A DNA stretch of 61,635 nucleotides, counting the filler. It is 5 parts of 5 records of this genome, joined end to end, with 100 filler letters (N's around TTAATTAATTAA, not from the genome) between each part and the next. Parts side by side here need not be neighbours in the genome. Positions count along the whole stretch, not along the records: positions 29,569 to 37,503 come from DRR378314_1661; positions 37,604 to 56,359 come from DRR378314_1668; 3 more parts are not named here. One strand, written 5' to 3'. Below are positions 30,660 to 40,927 of the stretch, one piece after another (the stretch's first letter is position 1; every line of letters starts with the position of its first letter). Both the position numbers and the translations under genes were made by a program. Below the pieces are notes generated by a model that was not told the origin of the DNA, searched no databases, and worked only from the letters and a program-made list of their open reading frames with translations.

Positions 30660-31155
30660 ATAACAGTCTCTCCCTTGAAAAGCTTCTTTGCGAATATTCC
30701 TACAACTACCAGCGAGAACAAACCAAACACGATTGTCACAGCGATTGACGAGCACTCGGTACAGTAATAGCCGCGCCTGTAGAAATTATCAGCGCAGAGA
30801 CCACATGCGACACCATCGTAGCCATTGGCGCATTGCTGGTCGCTAGACGCTGCAGCAGACCCAGTAGATGCCTGTGTAGATCCAGGGCATCCCAGTGGAA
30901 GAGCACACGAGTAGAACACAGTACTCGCCGCATGCGGCCGCCAGAAGCCAAACTGTGGATGCATGCGCAAGAGTTGCGTTCCTTGCCCACGACAGTCGGC
31001 TCCGCGAGGGCAGGGCATGCATCCTATACTCCCATTTCCAGATGTATACTCGTTAGGGGGACATTTCTCACAAGCACTTCTTCCAGTGGTCGATGAGAAC
31101 TTTCCAGGAGGACATAGCGCGCAACGGTGTGCGCCCAGAGCAGAGCTTGCAGATC
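30660..31155 (-). CDS. Exon 2 of eukaryotic Cys-rich cell-surface protein (last Cys repeats, juxtamembrane Cys module, TM helix); 3' boundary uncertain
   Basis: Acceptor TTTGTACAG|GA at 31156/31155; CALCPPG, CEKCPPN, CMPCPRG, CANGYDGVACGLC, then IAVTIVFGLFSLVVVGIFA followed by KK. Confidence 0.75.
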
Positions 31156-31949
31156 CTGTACAAATGAACCAGTAATTCAGCCAGAGCAGCAGCACGTGTT
31201 ACGTGTAGCGACATAAGCCTACAAGAGTCCCACCTCGAACAATGCGAATGCAAAGAACAGAACTCTAGGAGGCCACCTGCAACAATCAATGCGCTGAGTC
31301 ACATTCATATCAATACTTTACATTCAATGTACACGCCAGTCCCCCAACTCCCTGCAATTGGCCTCGTCTGCCCAATGACACACACGAGAAAAAGGATGGA
31401 CACTATGCTGGAAAGAAAGAATAGCTGCCTAACGCAGAAAAAAGCTCACAGAAAACCGTTCCGAAACCAAACCCCAGCAAACTGGGCCTTCCAAAAGGCT
31501 ACCAAACAGCTAAACCCAGGTATGCACGTATCAAGCTACGCTACTGCCTCGCGCCCACACTTTGCGTGCAAGCAGCGCAAAGGTGAACACTATAGCCGTT
31601 GCGCTACTACGTCAAATCACACATCTGCAGTATGCGGAAGTCAATCGGCCTCCAAACGATTGGGGTTCAAAAGAAGATATAGTAATGCTAACCCTCTCTG
31701 ATTGCCGCGTCGCCCTCGCCCTATTGCACTATTTCTCTGTTCAACATGTTCTTCCAAAAAGCATCAGCCGGCGTTCGGTACATCGACAATTCACGAAACA
31801 CTCACATTCTGGTGAGCTCCTGCTTCACCCCCCCCCCCCTCCATTAAAAACTCGAAGTAAAGAGAGGAAACCAATTACAACGCACTCGCCCTCATACTAA
31901 TCCTAAGACGCTCTTGTCACCTTTGCCAAAATGATATACTTTGGCGTAC
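31156..31949 (-). other. Predicted 794-bp spliceosomal intron
   Basis: CAG|GTACGC donor and TACAG| acceptor, both phase 1; splicing gives CAPCPAG-SASSALGAHRC, preserving the Cys-repeat period. Confidence 0.75.
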
Positions 31950-34900
31950 CTGCGGGGCACGGCGCACAGTCAGATTCTCCAGTCCGATTCGTAAAGCTTC
32001 CGCGTGCGCACCGCAAGCATGTGGTTGATCCTATTGCACTAGCGAAAAATCCCACAGCACAAGACTTACACAAACTCTGTCCTTCTTTCGCCGCATAGGA
32101 TCCCTCGGGGCACGGGGAGCACTTTGTGGCGTTCCCTCGTGCAAACGAGCCCGCAGCGCACGGTACACAAGAAATCGAGCCAGGGGAAGCTGCGTAAGCT
32201 CCTGGAGGGCAAGACACACATGCGGACATCCCAGAGGCGTTTGCAAATGATCCCGGCGCGCATCGAATGCAAGCTGCGTCGCCAGAAGAAGTGTACCCAG
32301 GTGGTTGGAAGGTGCCCGGGCTGCACGTGAAGCAGCGCGTTGACCTGTCAGTCCGTGTGAACATGCCCGCTGGGCACGCAGTGCACGAGGCAGAGTCAGT
32401 CGTGTTCGAGAATGTCCCAGAAGGACAGCCCTGACAGGATTCGAGCTCCTCCAGCTTTTCATATCCTGGGGCACACGACAGCACAATTTGAGAAAGTGGT
32501 TGCTCGGGAGAAAGTACGCCTCGTGAACGTGTGCGCACAAGTACTGTGGCGTTACCGTATACGCTTGTGCTGTTTAGCAAGCACCGCGCCGTCACGATAC
32601 CAGTTGCGCTTCGAGCCCAGTCGAGCAAAACTTTACCGGGTACGACACGCTCAACATTACCACCAGCTGCGCGCTGCGTAAGGCGGCAAATAAGCTCTGG
32701 CTGATCCACGCTCGTGTTTGACCAGAACGATGAAACCGAAAATGTGACGGTGCGATTCGCTCCTTGCTCGTCGTCGTCGACCAGTGGGGCGAGTAGGACC
32801 CCGCCGGCCACCACAGTGCCAGCCCCAACGGATGCATACGGGCGAATCGACCATGGAGAGTTTTTGACCAATACCGTAGATGAATTACTCATGGCCGTTA
32901 GGTTGTACATATCCGTGTCGTACAATGTCACCAAATACTCGCCGCCACCTTGGTGCACCACCGTAGCGTTCGAGGATCCACTGCCATATGCCTTCACCCG
33001 CGAAATTCGCAAGCTGTGAGAGCTCACTCCTTGAATCAAAACCTGGAAGGCGTGTCCAGCAAACTTTGCTTCCGTGCCTGGCACCAGCAGCGTCGGCTCT
33101 GTTATACTTCCCGCTTGCAATACGAGGGGAAGTTCCTCAGGGGCACTCTCATCAACGAGTGGTCCAAGTGTTACCGAGCTATTCGGCGGAGGCATATACG
33201 AGCGTAGAACTAGCAGCCCCGGAGAACCTGTTGTCGACGGATTTCGCACGCCGATAAATGCAACCTCCGCGCTTGTTCCTCTTTCCACACGGTTTGGTAG
33301 GCGAATATTCACAGTGTGTGTATCGCCCGAGGTTGCGCGCGCTGCAGTGATGGCCGCTTCCCCTTTCTGCCACAGATCACCCACTTGGACAAGCACCGAG
33401 CCTTGGTCGATTCCACCACTTGGAAGAGTGAATGCAGACGGGATACTAAGCTGTAGAACTCCATTTGCAGGAAGCGCATTGAATACGGAAAACCCGATAG
33501 ATAGAGAACTGTTCGCGTTCACCAGACGGTCGCTCAAGAGAATCTGGCCGACGCGAATTTCGTTCGCGCGAATCGCCTCGAAAGGAAGCAACTCGGACTC
33601 TTCAATTACAGAGCCATCAGGAGAGAGCAGTTCAATTCGCGTAGATCCAGTCATTGTTACAGTATGAATGGGATTTTCAATATTAGTTACAGACAGCTCC
33701 ACATTCTGAGTGCGCGCAGAAACCGGATAGCATGTTCTGGGGGGCGACACCAAACCCTCGTCGACCAGCCCACTTTCCGCCGAACACTGCGGTCGGTTTG
33801 CATGCAACACGATAATGTGCTCGGACGCGGAAGAGGTTGCGTTCAGATCCAGGAAACTCCGCACGTTTCTCCGTCCAAATCCGAGCGTGTTCGAGGGAGT
33901 ATTCAGTGTAAATACTCTTGGCAAGCGAAATCGTATTGCTCCACCCGTTTCAATGGGATTAAACGTGTGAAAATGTATGCGAACGTCACCGCGATGGCCA
34001 GTTTCAGCAGTTTCCAAGTACACGGCGGCGTTAGATAGCACTGTACGCCTGAGGTTTCGGCCACCTACGTACCCTGATTCACTGTACATGTACGCATTCT
34101 CTCTATGCCAGATCTGAACGCGAAACGGCGCAACTGATAATGTCGTAAACGGATTCCAAAGTCCATACAAGGTAACATTTAGCGTCCATGTATCCAACAC
34201 AGAAAGATGAATATCACAGTCTAGACCACTCAACGTCTCAATAATGGCCCTAGGTTGGCAGGAATGATTTGTCAACCGGAAACCACTGCTGGTGCCGGTG
34301 TGCCATACAATCCGTGCATGAACGCTGTCCGAAAACTTGTACCCTACAGGAAACACGAAGCGAATTTTCGGGGTACTCAGCGCTGGCGTACTCGTCGTCA
34401 GCGTTAGATTAACACTCGCTTCCGCCCCGGCATCGTTCGATTCAAACGATAGGGAAGAAATGTTCACTTTTCCCACAGGAGGGCCGCACCCGACGCGAGC
34501 CACGAGGACGCCGCCTCCGCCCTGAACGAACCCGCCGTCCGCGCCCAGACCCGATGCGTGCCTAGCTCCGCCCGCAACATACCGCCCGTCGCGACTCAAA
34601 CTCACATCCCGTCCAAGCCGCGAGTTAGTCGCCCACTGCTCCGCTACAAACTCGACCGGCGCAAGCTGCGCACTCCCGTCCCCGACTTGCCCGAGCCCTC
34701 GCGCGATGAGCACACCGCCAACCAAGCTGATGCCATACGTCTCGTTCGAGCTCATGCCGATCGCGAGCGTTCGTCCGTCGCCAGAAAGCGACACTGCACT
34801 GGCAGCGACGTCAGAGCTCACTGCCCCAAGCGACCTCCACGTACGGTCGGAGTGCGAGTACCAGAATACCGCCGCGCCAGTGCCGTGTGCTATCGCTGCA

Positions 34901-36666
34901 AAGAGCCCGTTTGCACTCACGCTTGTGTCGGTGCCGAAGCCGGCCAGCCCAGACCCCGTACTCGGAAACGCTGCAGCGCTCCACTTCTCCGAGCCTACAC
35001 GCACGTATGCCCACACGCGCCGGCTCTCCTGATCGACAAACACCGCACTCGCGCCCGCCGCATCCATCGCGCCAGTCACAGTCACCGTTTCTCGAGTTGC
35101 GTCACCGACAAACTCCACCATACGCTTGTATGTGCCAAGCACCGCCTGCTTCTCAAGCACTGCCCCGCACGGCATCACCGGCGACGACGACGACGACGTC
35201 TGCGAGCACACGCCGCCCACCATGATCCGCGTCGCATCGTCCGCCATCGCAAGTGCGGGCCCCATCACTGTCATGCGGCCGCCGCTGAACACGGTCGACA
35301 CGGGTAGGGTCTGTTCGCTCCACTGGCCGGCCGTTCCATTGCTCGACAGAATGTACACCGGCCCAGATGGCTGCTGCCACGACACCTGATACTGCGCCAG
35401 AAGGATCTTGTTTCCGTCGCCACTCAGCCATAGCGACGCCGAGCTCGTTGACAGCTGCACTGTCGGGTCCGCTTTCCACTCGCTAGCAGACCCGTTACTG
35501 TATACTGTGCGACGCTGGACACTCAGATACGAACCACTTGCACCGGAAAGCGATGCAAGTGTACTACCGTCTTGCGAAAGCTTGGCATTATTCCCATACG
35601 ATGCAGTAGCAGTAGTGACGGCGCCCACTTGCAAGCGCTTGCTGCTCGAAGTGTGCACGCACGGCGGCGTCGCGGCAGCACACACTGTGCCGTCCCCGTC
35701 AAAGCCGAGCCTGCACGCACACGAATACGACCCTGGACTATTTGCGCAGACCGCATTTGTCGAGCAGTTATTTAACGATGCGCTGGCGCACTCGTCAATA
35801 TCTGCACAGGTCCCATCGACTGCTGCAGTAAGGCCGCTTGTGCAGTTGCACACAGGTGAGCTTGGCTGAAGACGAGCGCACTTGGCTGCAGGAAGCTCTC
35901 CGCAATGCTGCCCATATATCGAGCACGGAAGGCGCGGCTCGCAAGTAGTCGCACAACTTGAGGTATCATTGAGGCATATATCAGGTGGGCATTCAGTGCT
36001 TTCAGGCTGACAGAATTCGGGCGTATCGCATGGGTGCTGCTTTGCGCGGCAGACCACTGGTGCATGCGACACGTACAGCACGAGCACATCCCCCGTGTTG
36101 AGAGTTGCAGTACAGGAAGGGGTGCTGTTGACCAGCAGTGCCACGCTCCCCTTACTTGAAATTTCCGTCTGCACAACTTCTCCGCGCGCGCCGCATCCCC
36201 ACGAGACCGTATGATTTACATTATCGCGATTTGTTATGTTTAATTCGTCACCGAGGGTTGCATTGAGGTTCATGGTCGAGAACTCAGCAGATAATATCCA
36301 CACAGGAACAGTTGCGTTGCTCCAGCCACTCCTCCGGTCTGGGGGGCAGAAGGCGCTGCGACCAGTGCACGTCTCGGCGATGTCACAAGAACCGCTTGCT
36401 CTGCGACAAACTCGCGTTTGAGAACGAAGCCGATCTGGTGGACACACAGCAGAGCTTCCCGTACAATATTCAATAAGATCACATGCACCGCGGGCAGGAC
36501 GACATACTATGCTCGTGTTGGCATACGTACAGTCGGGGCGGCAGCACGGGCCGTCAGCGTCGCACTGTTCCCCAGCTTCAGCGACGCCGTTGCCACACGT
36601 TGCAGCAGCATTGCGCTTGAGGATGCAAGTGAGTGCAGCAACCAGCAAAACAAGAGAAGCACGCAT
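31950..36666 (-). CDS. Exon 1 of large eukaryotic cell-surface protein: signal peptide, disintegrin-like repeats, cupredoxin-like insert, EGF + Ca-binding EGF, FG-GAP-like propeller, beta-rich stalk, ephrin-receptor-like/GCC2-GCC3 Cys repeats
   Basis: First ATG at 36666 (MRASLVLLVAALTC...); CGNGVAEAGEQCD, three CRxxxxxCDxxExC...CPPD units, DIDEC...CANSPGSYSCAC, repeated (F/L)GxxVxLSxDG, 11 CxxG units. Confidence 0.85.
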
Positions 36667-36984
36667 GCTTACGAAAGCCGAGATAAAAGCCAATTACAAT
36701 GCGTTGGACCAATGTAATTCCAAATACCACGCTTCTATAGGCTTGCAAATATCGCGCCGTTGAAGGAGCTTTGCTCGTATTCTTCGCTGCCACAGCCCAA
36801 GCTGCTGTTCAACTCGAGTGCTACGCTCCAATAAAGGGCGTGACGCGCAGGCTGCCAACAAGCAAGATGTCCAGCTGCGTTGCGTCTGCGCAAAGACCCT
36901 ACGTAGACGAAACGGTAGCGCGCAGTTTCCACAGGTTGTTGCAAGGGTGCTTCTGAAGGAAATATACTCGATTTACAGCAATTG

Positions 36985-37004
36985 TGTTTGTTTGTTTGTT
37001 TGTT
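36985..37004. repeat. (TGTT)n microsatellite
   Basis: tgtttgtttgtttgtttgtt. Confidence 0.8.
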
Positions 37005-37503
37005 TTTGTTTCTTTGCGTCAAGCGAGCAACGTGACCCCTTCGTCTTCACGAGCAGTGGCGAACAAGCACGTCCCTACTCGCGCAGTCAAAGAAGTCCCG
37101 CTGCAGGAACAGAGCAGCGCAGTCCAGGAAACAGGCCGTCTGCAACACGGGCCCACATTTGCCCAGGACCCCACTGGAACGTAAAGCTGAGAAGGGCGGG
37201 ATAAAGAAAGCAGCACGCGAAGAGCTAGGTTTTGGTCCCAGCTATCCCCTACTGTCGCCCCGCTGCACTCTACTACCCACGAAAGAATTGCTTCTTAGCA
37301 CGGGCATTGCAGACCGTGTGTGCGAACTAGGCTTTTTCCGTCGCAGCCCTAGAGAGGCAGGATTGCCTCTCCCGCGCGTGAGCACGCACACGCCTTCTTG
37401 GTTTCCTCGACCACGCTGCACCTTGTTTTATCGGCAATTTCTGAATATAGACCGAACATAGCGAGAGCAAAGAGAGAACATTGCGACAGAAATCTTTGTC
37501 GAG

Positions 37504-37603
37504 NNNNNNNNNNNNNNNNNNNNNNNNNNNNNNNNNNNNNNNNNNNNTTAATTAATTAANNNNNNNNNNNNNNNNNNNNNNNNNNNNNNNNNNNNNNNNN
37601 NNN
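37504..37603. other. Artificial contig-joining spacer
   Basis: 44 N + TTAATTAATTAA + 44 N. Confidence 0.99.
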
Positions 37604-37657
37604 TAACTGCCCGTCCCTTCAAGTTGAGAGTCTAAAATCCATCAAGGGAGATTCCTC

Positions 37658-37840
37658 ATGCCAAGAGTGAATTCGGCGGCGATACATCAAATTGAGTGGC
37701 AAAGTGGGACGCTTTCAATTTGGTTCCACAGCAGCGGTAAATACAATTACTATGGTGTGCCTGAAAGAACTTTTGAAGAGTTTCTAGACGCGCCTTCTAA
37801 GGGCGCTTACTTCAATAATCACATTCGGGACCACTACTGA
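37658..37840 (+). CDS. KTSC domain protein
   Basis: VNSAAIHQI...L.IWFHS..KY.YYGVP...FLDAPSKGAYFN..IR..Y; GGGAG RBS. Confidence 0.9.
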   Translation: MPRVNSAAIHQIEWQSGTLSIWFHSSGKYNYYGVPERTFEEFLDAPSKGAYFNNHIRDHY

Positions 37841-38039
37841 GCCACTCTATCTAGTCAGCCAAAATCCGCCCACCTGCCCACACCCCTTGTCCGAATCGGC
37901 AGTCCGGCCTATGTTCTGCCTTGCTAACGTTTATCTATTTCGACCCACTGTCTCCCTAACACGGCGCAGATCGAACTCAGACCGACCACGCCACGCCATC
38001 GCACAATGCGGATGGAACACTGCTTTAGGAGACTACGGA

Positions 38040-38246
38040 ATGGCTACTGGCACCGTAAAATGGTTTAACACAACAAAAGGCTTCGGCTTTATCGCACCCG
38101 ATGGCGGCAGCAAGGACGTTTTCGTTCACATTTCTGCTGTTGAGCGCGCAGGCCTGACCGGTCTGGCCGACAACCAGAAAGTGACGTTCGACATCGAAGC
38201 TGGCCGTGATGGCCGCGAGTCGGCAACGAACATCGCACTGGCATAA
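38040..38246 (+). CDS. cspA: Cold-shock protein
   Basis: MATGTVKWFNTTKGFGFI (RNP1) and DVFVHISA (RNP2); AGGAG RBS; about 200-bp upstream gap. Confidence 0.95.
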   Translation: MATGTVKWFNTTKGFGFIAPDGGSKDVFVHISAVERAGLTGLADNQKVTFDIEAGRDGRESATNIALA

Positions 38247-38288
38247 GCCTTAGACGGGCCGCCGCGGCGTCCCTGTCACGAGAATTTG

Positions 38289-38324
38289 ACCGACCCTCTG
38301 GCAACAGTGGGTCGGTTTTTCTTT
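38289..38324 (+). terminator. Rho-independent terminator after csp
   Basis: ACCGACCC...GGGTCGGT followed by TTTTCTTT. Confidence 0.75.
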
Positions 38325-38396
38325 CCGCAGGGTTGAAAAAATACGCAGTTTCGCGACATTTAATCATCTGCAAAACGTAATTTATGGAGCACCCCC

Positions 38397-38948
38397 ATGC
38401 ACCGCCGCACCTTTTTGGCCTCGACCCTGGCCGCTGCCGCCCTGCCACAGGTCCTGTCCGCCACTACAGCCGCCTATGACCCAACGCCGCAGGAAGTGTC
38501 GATCAAACCAACCTATCAGCCGGGCCAGCTGCTGGTCCTACCGCGCAGCCACTACCTGTATTTCGTGACCGCACCGGGCAAGGCGATGCGCTATGGCATC
38601 GGTGTCGGCAAGGCAGGTCTGGAATTCACCGGCACTGCCACCATCGCGGTGAAAAAGGAATGGCCCACATGGCGCCCCACGGATGAAATGATCGAACGTG
38701 AGCCGCAGACCTACAAACGTTTCATCGGCAACACTGACGCCCAGGAAGGCGGCCCCGGCAACCCACTTGGTGCGCGGGCGCTTTACCTCTTTGAAGGCGG
38801 GCGTGACACTTATTTCCGCATCCACGGCACCACTGCGCCCAGCACCATTGGCCGCTCGGTCTCCAACGGTTGTATCCGTATGATCAACGAACATGTGATT
38901 GATCTTTATAACCGCGTGCCCGTCGGCACCGTGGTGACGGTTCTGTAA
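38397..38948 (+). CDS. L,D-transpeptidase (YkuD family) with Tat-like signal
   Basis: HRRTFL twin-arginine; NPLGARALYL, FRIHGT, VSNGCIRM. Confidence 0.93.
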   Translation: MHRRTFLASTLAAAALPQVLSATTAAYDPTPQEVSIKPTYQPGQLLVLPRSHYLYFVTAPGKAMRYGIGVGKAGLEFTGTATIAVKKEWPTWRPTDEMIEREPQTYKRFIGNTDAQEGGPGNPLGARALYLFEGGRDTYFRIHGTTAPSTIGRSVSNGCIRMINEHVIDLYNRVPVGTVVTVL

Positions 38949-38965
38949 ATACAGATCTCCGAATT

Positions 38966-39000
38966 AAAAAAGGCCGGTGCGTTGATGCACCGGCCTTTTT
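38966..39000. terminator. Bidirectional rho-independent terminator
   Basis: AAAAAAGGCCGGTGC-GTTGAT-GCACCGGCCTTTTT. Confidence 0.85.
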
Positions 39001-39022
39001 CATTTCTGCAATGTGAACCGGA

Positions 39023-40021
39023 TCAGTTCAGCGCTTTATCCGTGATCACTGATGTCCATGCGCCCTCTGGCTGCTTGGAAATCACCGGATCAGAACCACC
39101 GGCCAACAGCGTGTCCACCGTCCGCTGAAAGTCTGCCTCGACCAATGCACCGTTGGACCCTGCGGTCAGCTTGGCAATCTCGCCCATCATCCGCACCTGT
39201 GCGGCCTCTGTCTGGGCACCGGTCTCGTCGTTGTCCAGCACGATGTTTGCAGCCTCTTCCGCGTTCTCTTCCGCGTATTTCCAGCCCTTCATAGACGCCC
39301 GGACAAAGCGCACCATCTTATCCTCAAACACCGGATCTTTCAGGTTGTCTTCCAACACATAAATACCGTCTTCCAGAGTTGCGACACCCTGCTCCTCATA
39401 TTTGAAGGTCACCAGCTCGTCCGGGTTCACCCCAGCATCCAGCACCTGGCCGTATTCGTTGTAGGTCATGGTTGAAATACAATCCGCCTCGCGCTGCAAC
39501 AACGGATCAACGTTGAACCCCTGCTTCAGCACGGTCACACCGTCATCACCACCGTCGGTGGAGATACCCTCCTGCGACATCCACGACAGGAACGGATATT
39601 CGTTGCCAAAGAACCAGACACCAATCGTCTTGCCCTTGAAATCCTGCGGACCGGTGATCCCGGTATCCTTCCAGCAGGTCAGCATCAGACCGGAGGTTTT
39701 GAACGGCTGTGCGATGTTCACCACCGGCAGCCCCTTCTCCCGTGCGGCCAGCGCCGAGGGCATCCAGTTCAGCATGGCATCAGCGCCGCCGCCCGCCAGC
39801 ACCTGTGGTGGTGCAATATCAGGACCGCCAGCCAGAACGGTCACGTCCAAGCCTTCTTCCTCATAAAACCCCTTGTCCAGAGCCACGTAATACCCGGCAA
39901 ACTGCGCCTGCGTGACCCATTGCAATTGCAAGGTCACACTATTGGCATGACCATCTGCATGGGCCGCCACGCCGCCCAGCCCGGTGGCCACAGCCGCGGC
40001 CATCATCATTTTCTTCATCAT
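39023..40021 (-). CDS. ABC transporter substrate-binding protein (NMT1/THI5-like; pyrimidine uptake by context)
   Basis: Signal peptide; LQLQWVTQAQFAGYYVALDKGFYEEEGLDV. Confidence 0.9.
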   Translation of the reverse strand: MMKKMMMAAAVATGLGGVAAHADGHANSVTLQLQWVTQAQFAGYYVALDKGFYEEEGLDVTVLAGGPDIAPPQVLAGGGADAMLNWMPSALAAREKGLPVVNIAQPFKTSGLMLTCWKDTGITGPQDFKGKTIGVWFFGNEYPFLSWMSQEGISTDGGDDGVTVLKQGFNVDPLLQREADCISTMTYNEYGQVLDAGVNPDELVTFKYEEQGVATLEDGIYVLEDNLKDPVFEDKMVRFVRASMKGWKYAEENAEEAANIVLDNDETGAQTEAAQVRMMGEIAKLTAGSNGALVEADFQRTVDTLLAGGSDPVISKQPEGAWTSVITDKALN

Positions 40022-40084
40022 TTGTCGTCTCCCCTGTTGGTTAACATAGTGCCCCGTTTCGAGGTCTTGGTCATTCCTACAACG

Positions 40085-40927
40085 CTAGCGTTGCGACGGA
40101 TGCCAGAATGTCACCCGCTTTTCGATCAACGTCATCAATCCATAAAACGCACTGCCAGCCAATGCCGCAATTACAATCTCGGCCCAAACCATATCCAGCG
40201 CAAGCTGGCCAAAGCTGGTCGAGATCCGAAACCCCATCCCCACCGTCGGCGAGCCGAAAAATTCAGCAACAATCGCCCCGATCAACGCCAGTGTCGTCGC
40301 AATCTTGAGCCCGTTAAAGATGAACGGCATTGCCGCCGGCAGGCGCAGCTTTAACAGCGTCGGCCAATATCCCGCACCATAGGTCCGCATCAGATCACGC
40401 TGCATCACAGATGTTTCGCGCAAGCCCGCCACCGTGTTCACCAGAATAGGAAAGAACACCATCACCGCAACAACCGCCGCTTTGCTTTCCCAGTCACTGC
40501 CGAACCATTTCACAAAAATCGGTGCAATACCGACAATCGGCAAGGCAGCCATAAAACTGCCCACCGGCAAGATCCCCCGCGTCAAAAAATCAGAGCGATC
40601 CGCCAGCACCGCAATGCCAAGGGCAGCCAGACCGCCAATCACATAACCAGTCATCGCCCCTTTGATGATCGTCTGGTGGAAATCCGCCCATAGCCGCGGC
40701 CCTTCACTGAACAGCCGCTCCACAATCGCCGACGGTGCCGGCAGGATCACCGGATTGACCTCGAACCCGACCACCAGCAACTCCCAGACCACCACAACGG
40801 TCAGCCCGAAAATTGCAGGGATCAACACCTTTACCCCTGGATGATCCGAGACCGGCCCATTGGCCAGACGGATATTCACCCACCAGCCAAGCGCCCAGAT
40901 CATCAATGCTGCAATTGTCCAGATCAT
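40085..40927 (-). CDS. ABC transporter permease
   Basis: LPAPSAI, FFPILVNTVAGL, LRLPAAMPFIFNGLK, GAIVAEF. Confidence 0.92.
   Translation of the reverse strand: MIWTIAALMIWALGWWVNIRLANGPVSDHPGVKVLIPAIFGLTVVVVWELLVVGFEVNPVILPAPSAIVERLFSEGPRLWADFHQTIIKGAMTGYVIGGLAALGIAVLADRSDFLTRGILPVGSFMAALPIVGIAPIFVKWFGSDWESKAAVVAVMVFFPILVNTVAGLRETSVMQRDLMRTYGAGYWPTLLKLRLPAAMPFIFNGLKIATTLALIGAIVAEFFGSPTVGMGFRISTSFGQLALDMVWAEIVIAALAGSAFYGLMTLIEKRVTFWHPSQR

Noticed and set aside
36480-36505. RGD integrin-binding motif in the disintegrin loop
   Set aside because: Sequence reads RPARGACD (ADAM-type xxCD loop), not RGD
29569-37503. Eukaryote-to-bacterium horizontal transfer of an EGF/disintegrin gene
   Set aside because: Contig is bounded by artificial spacers and has spliceosomal intron signals, microsatellites and low gene density; it is simply eukaryotic DNA
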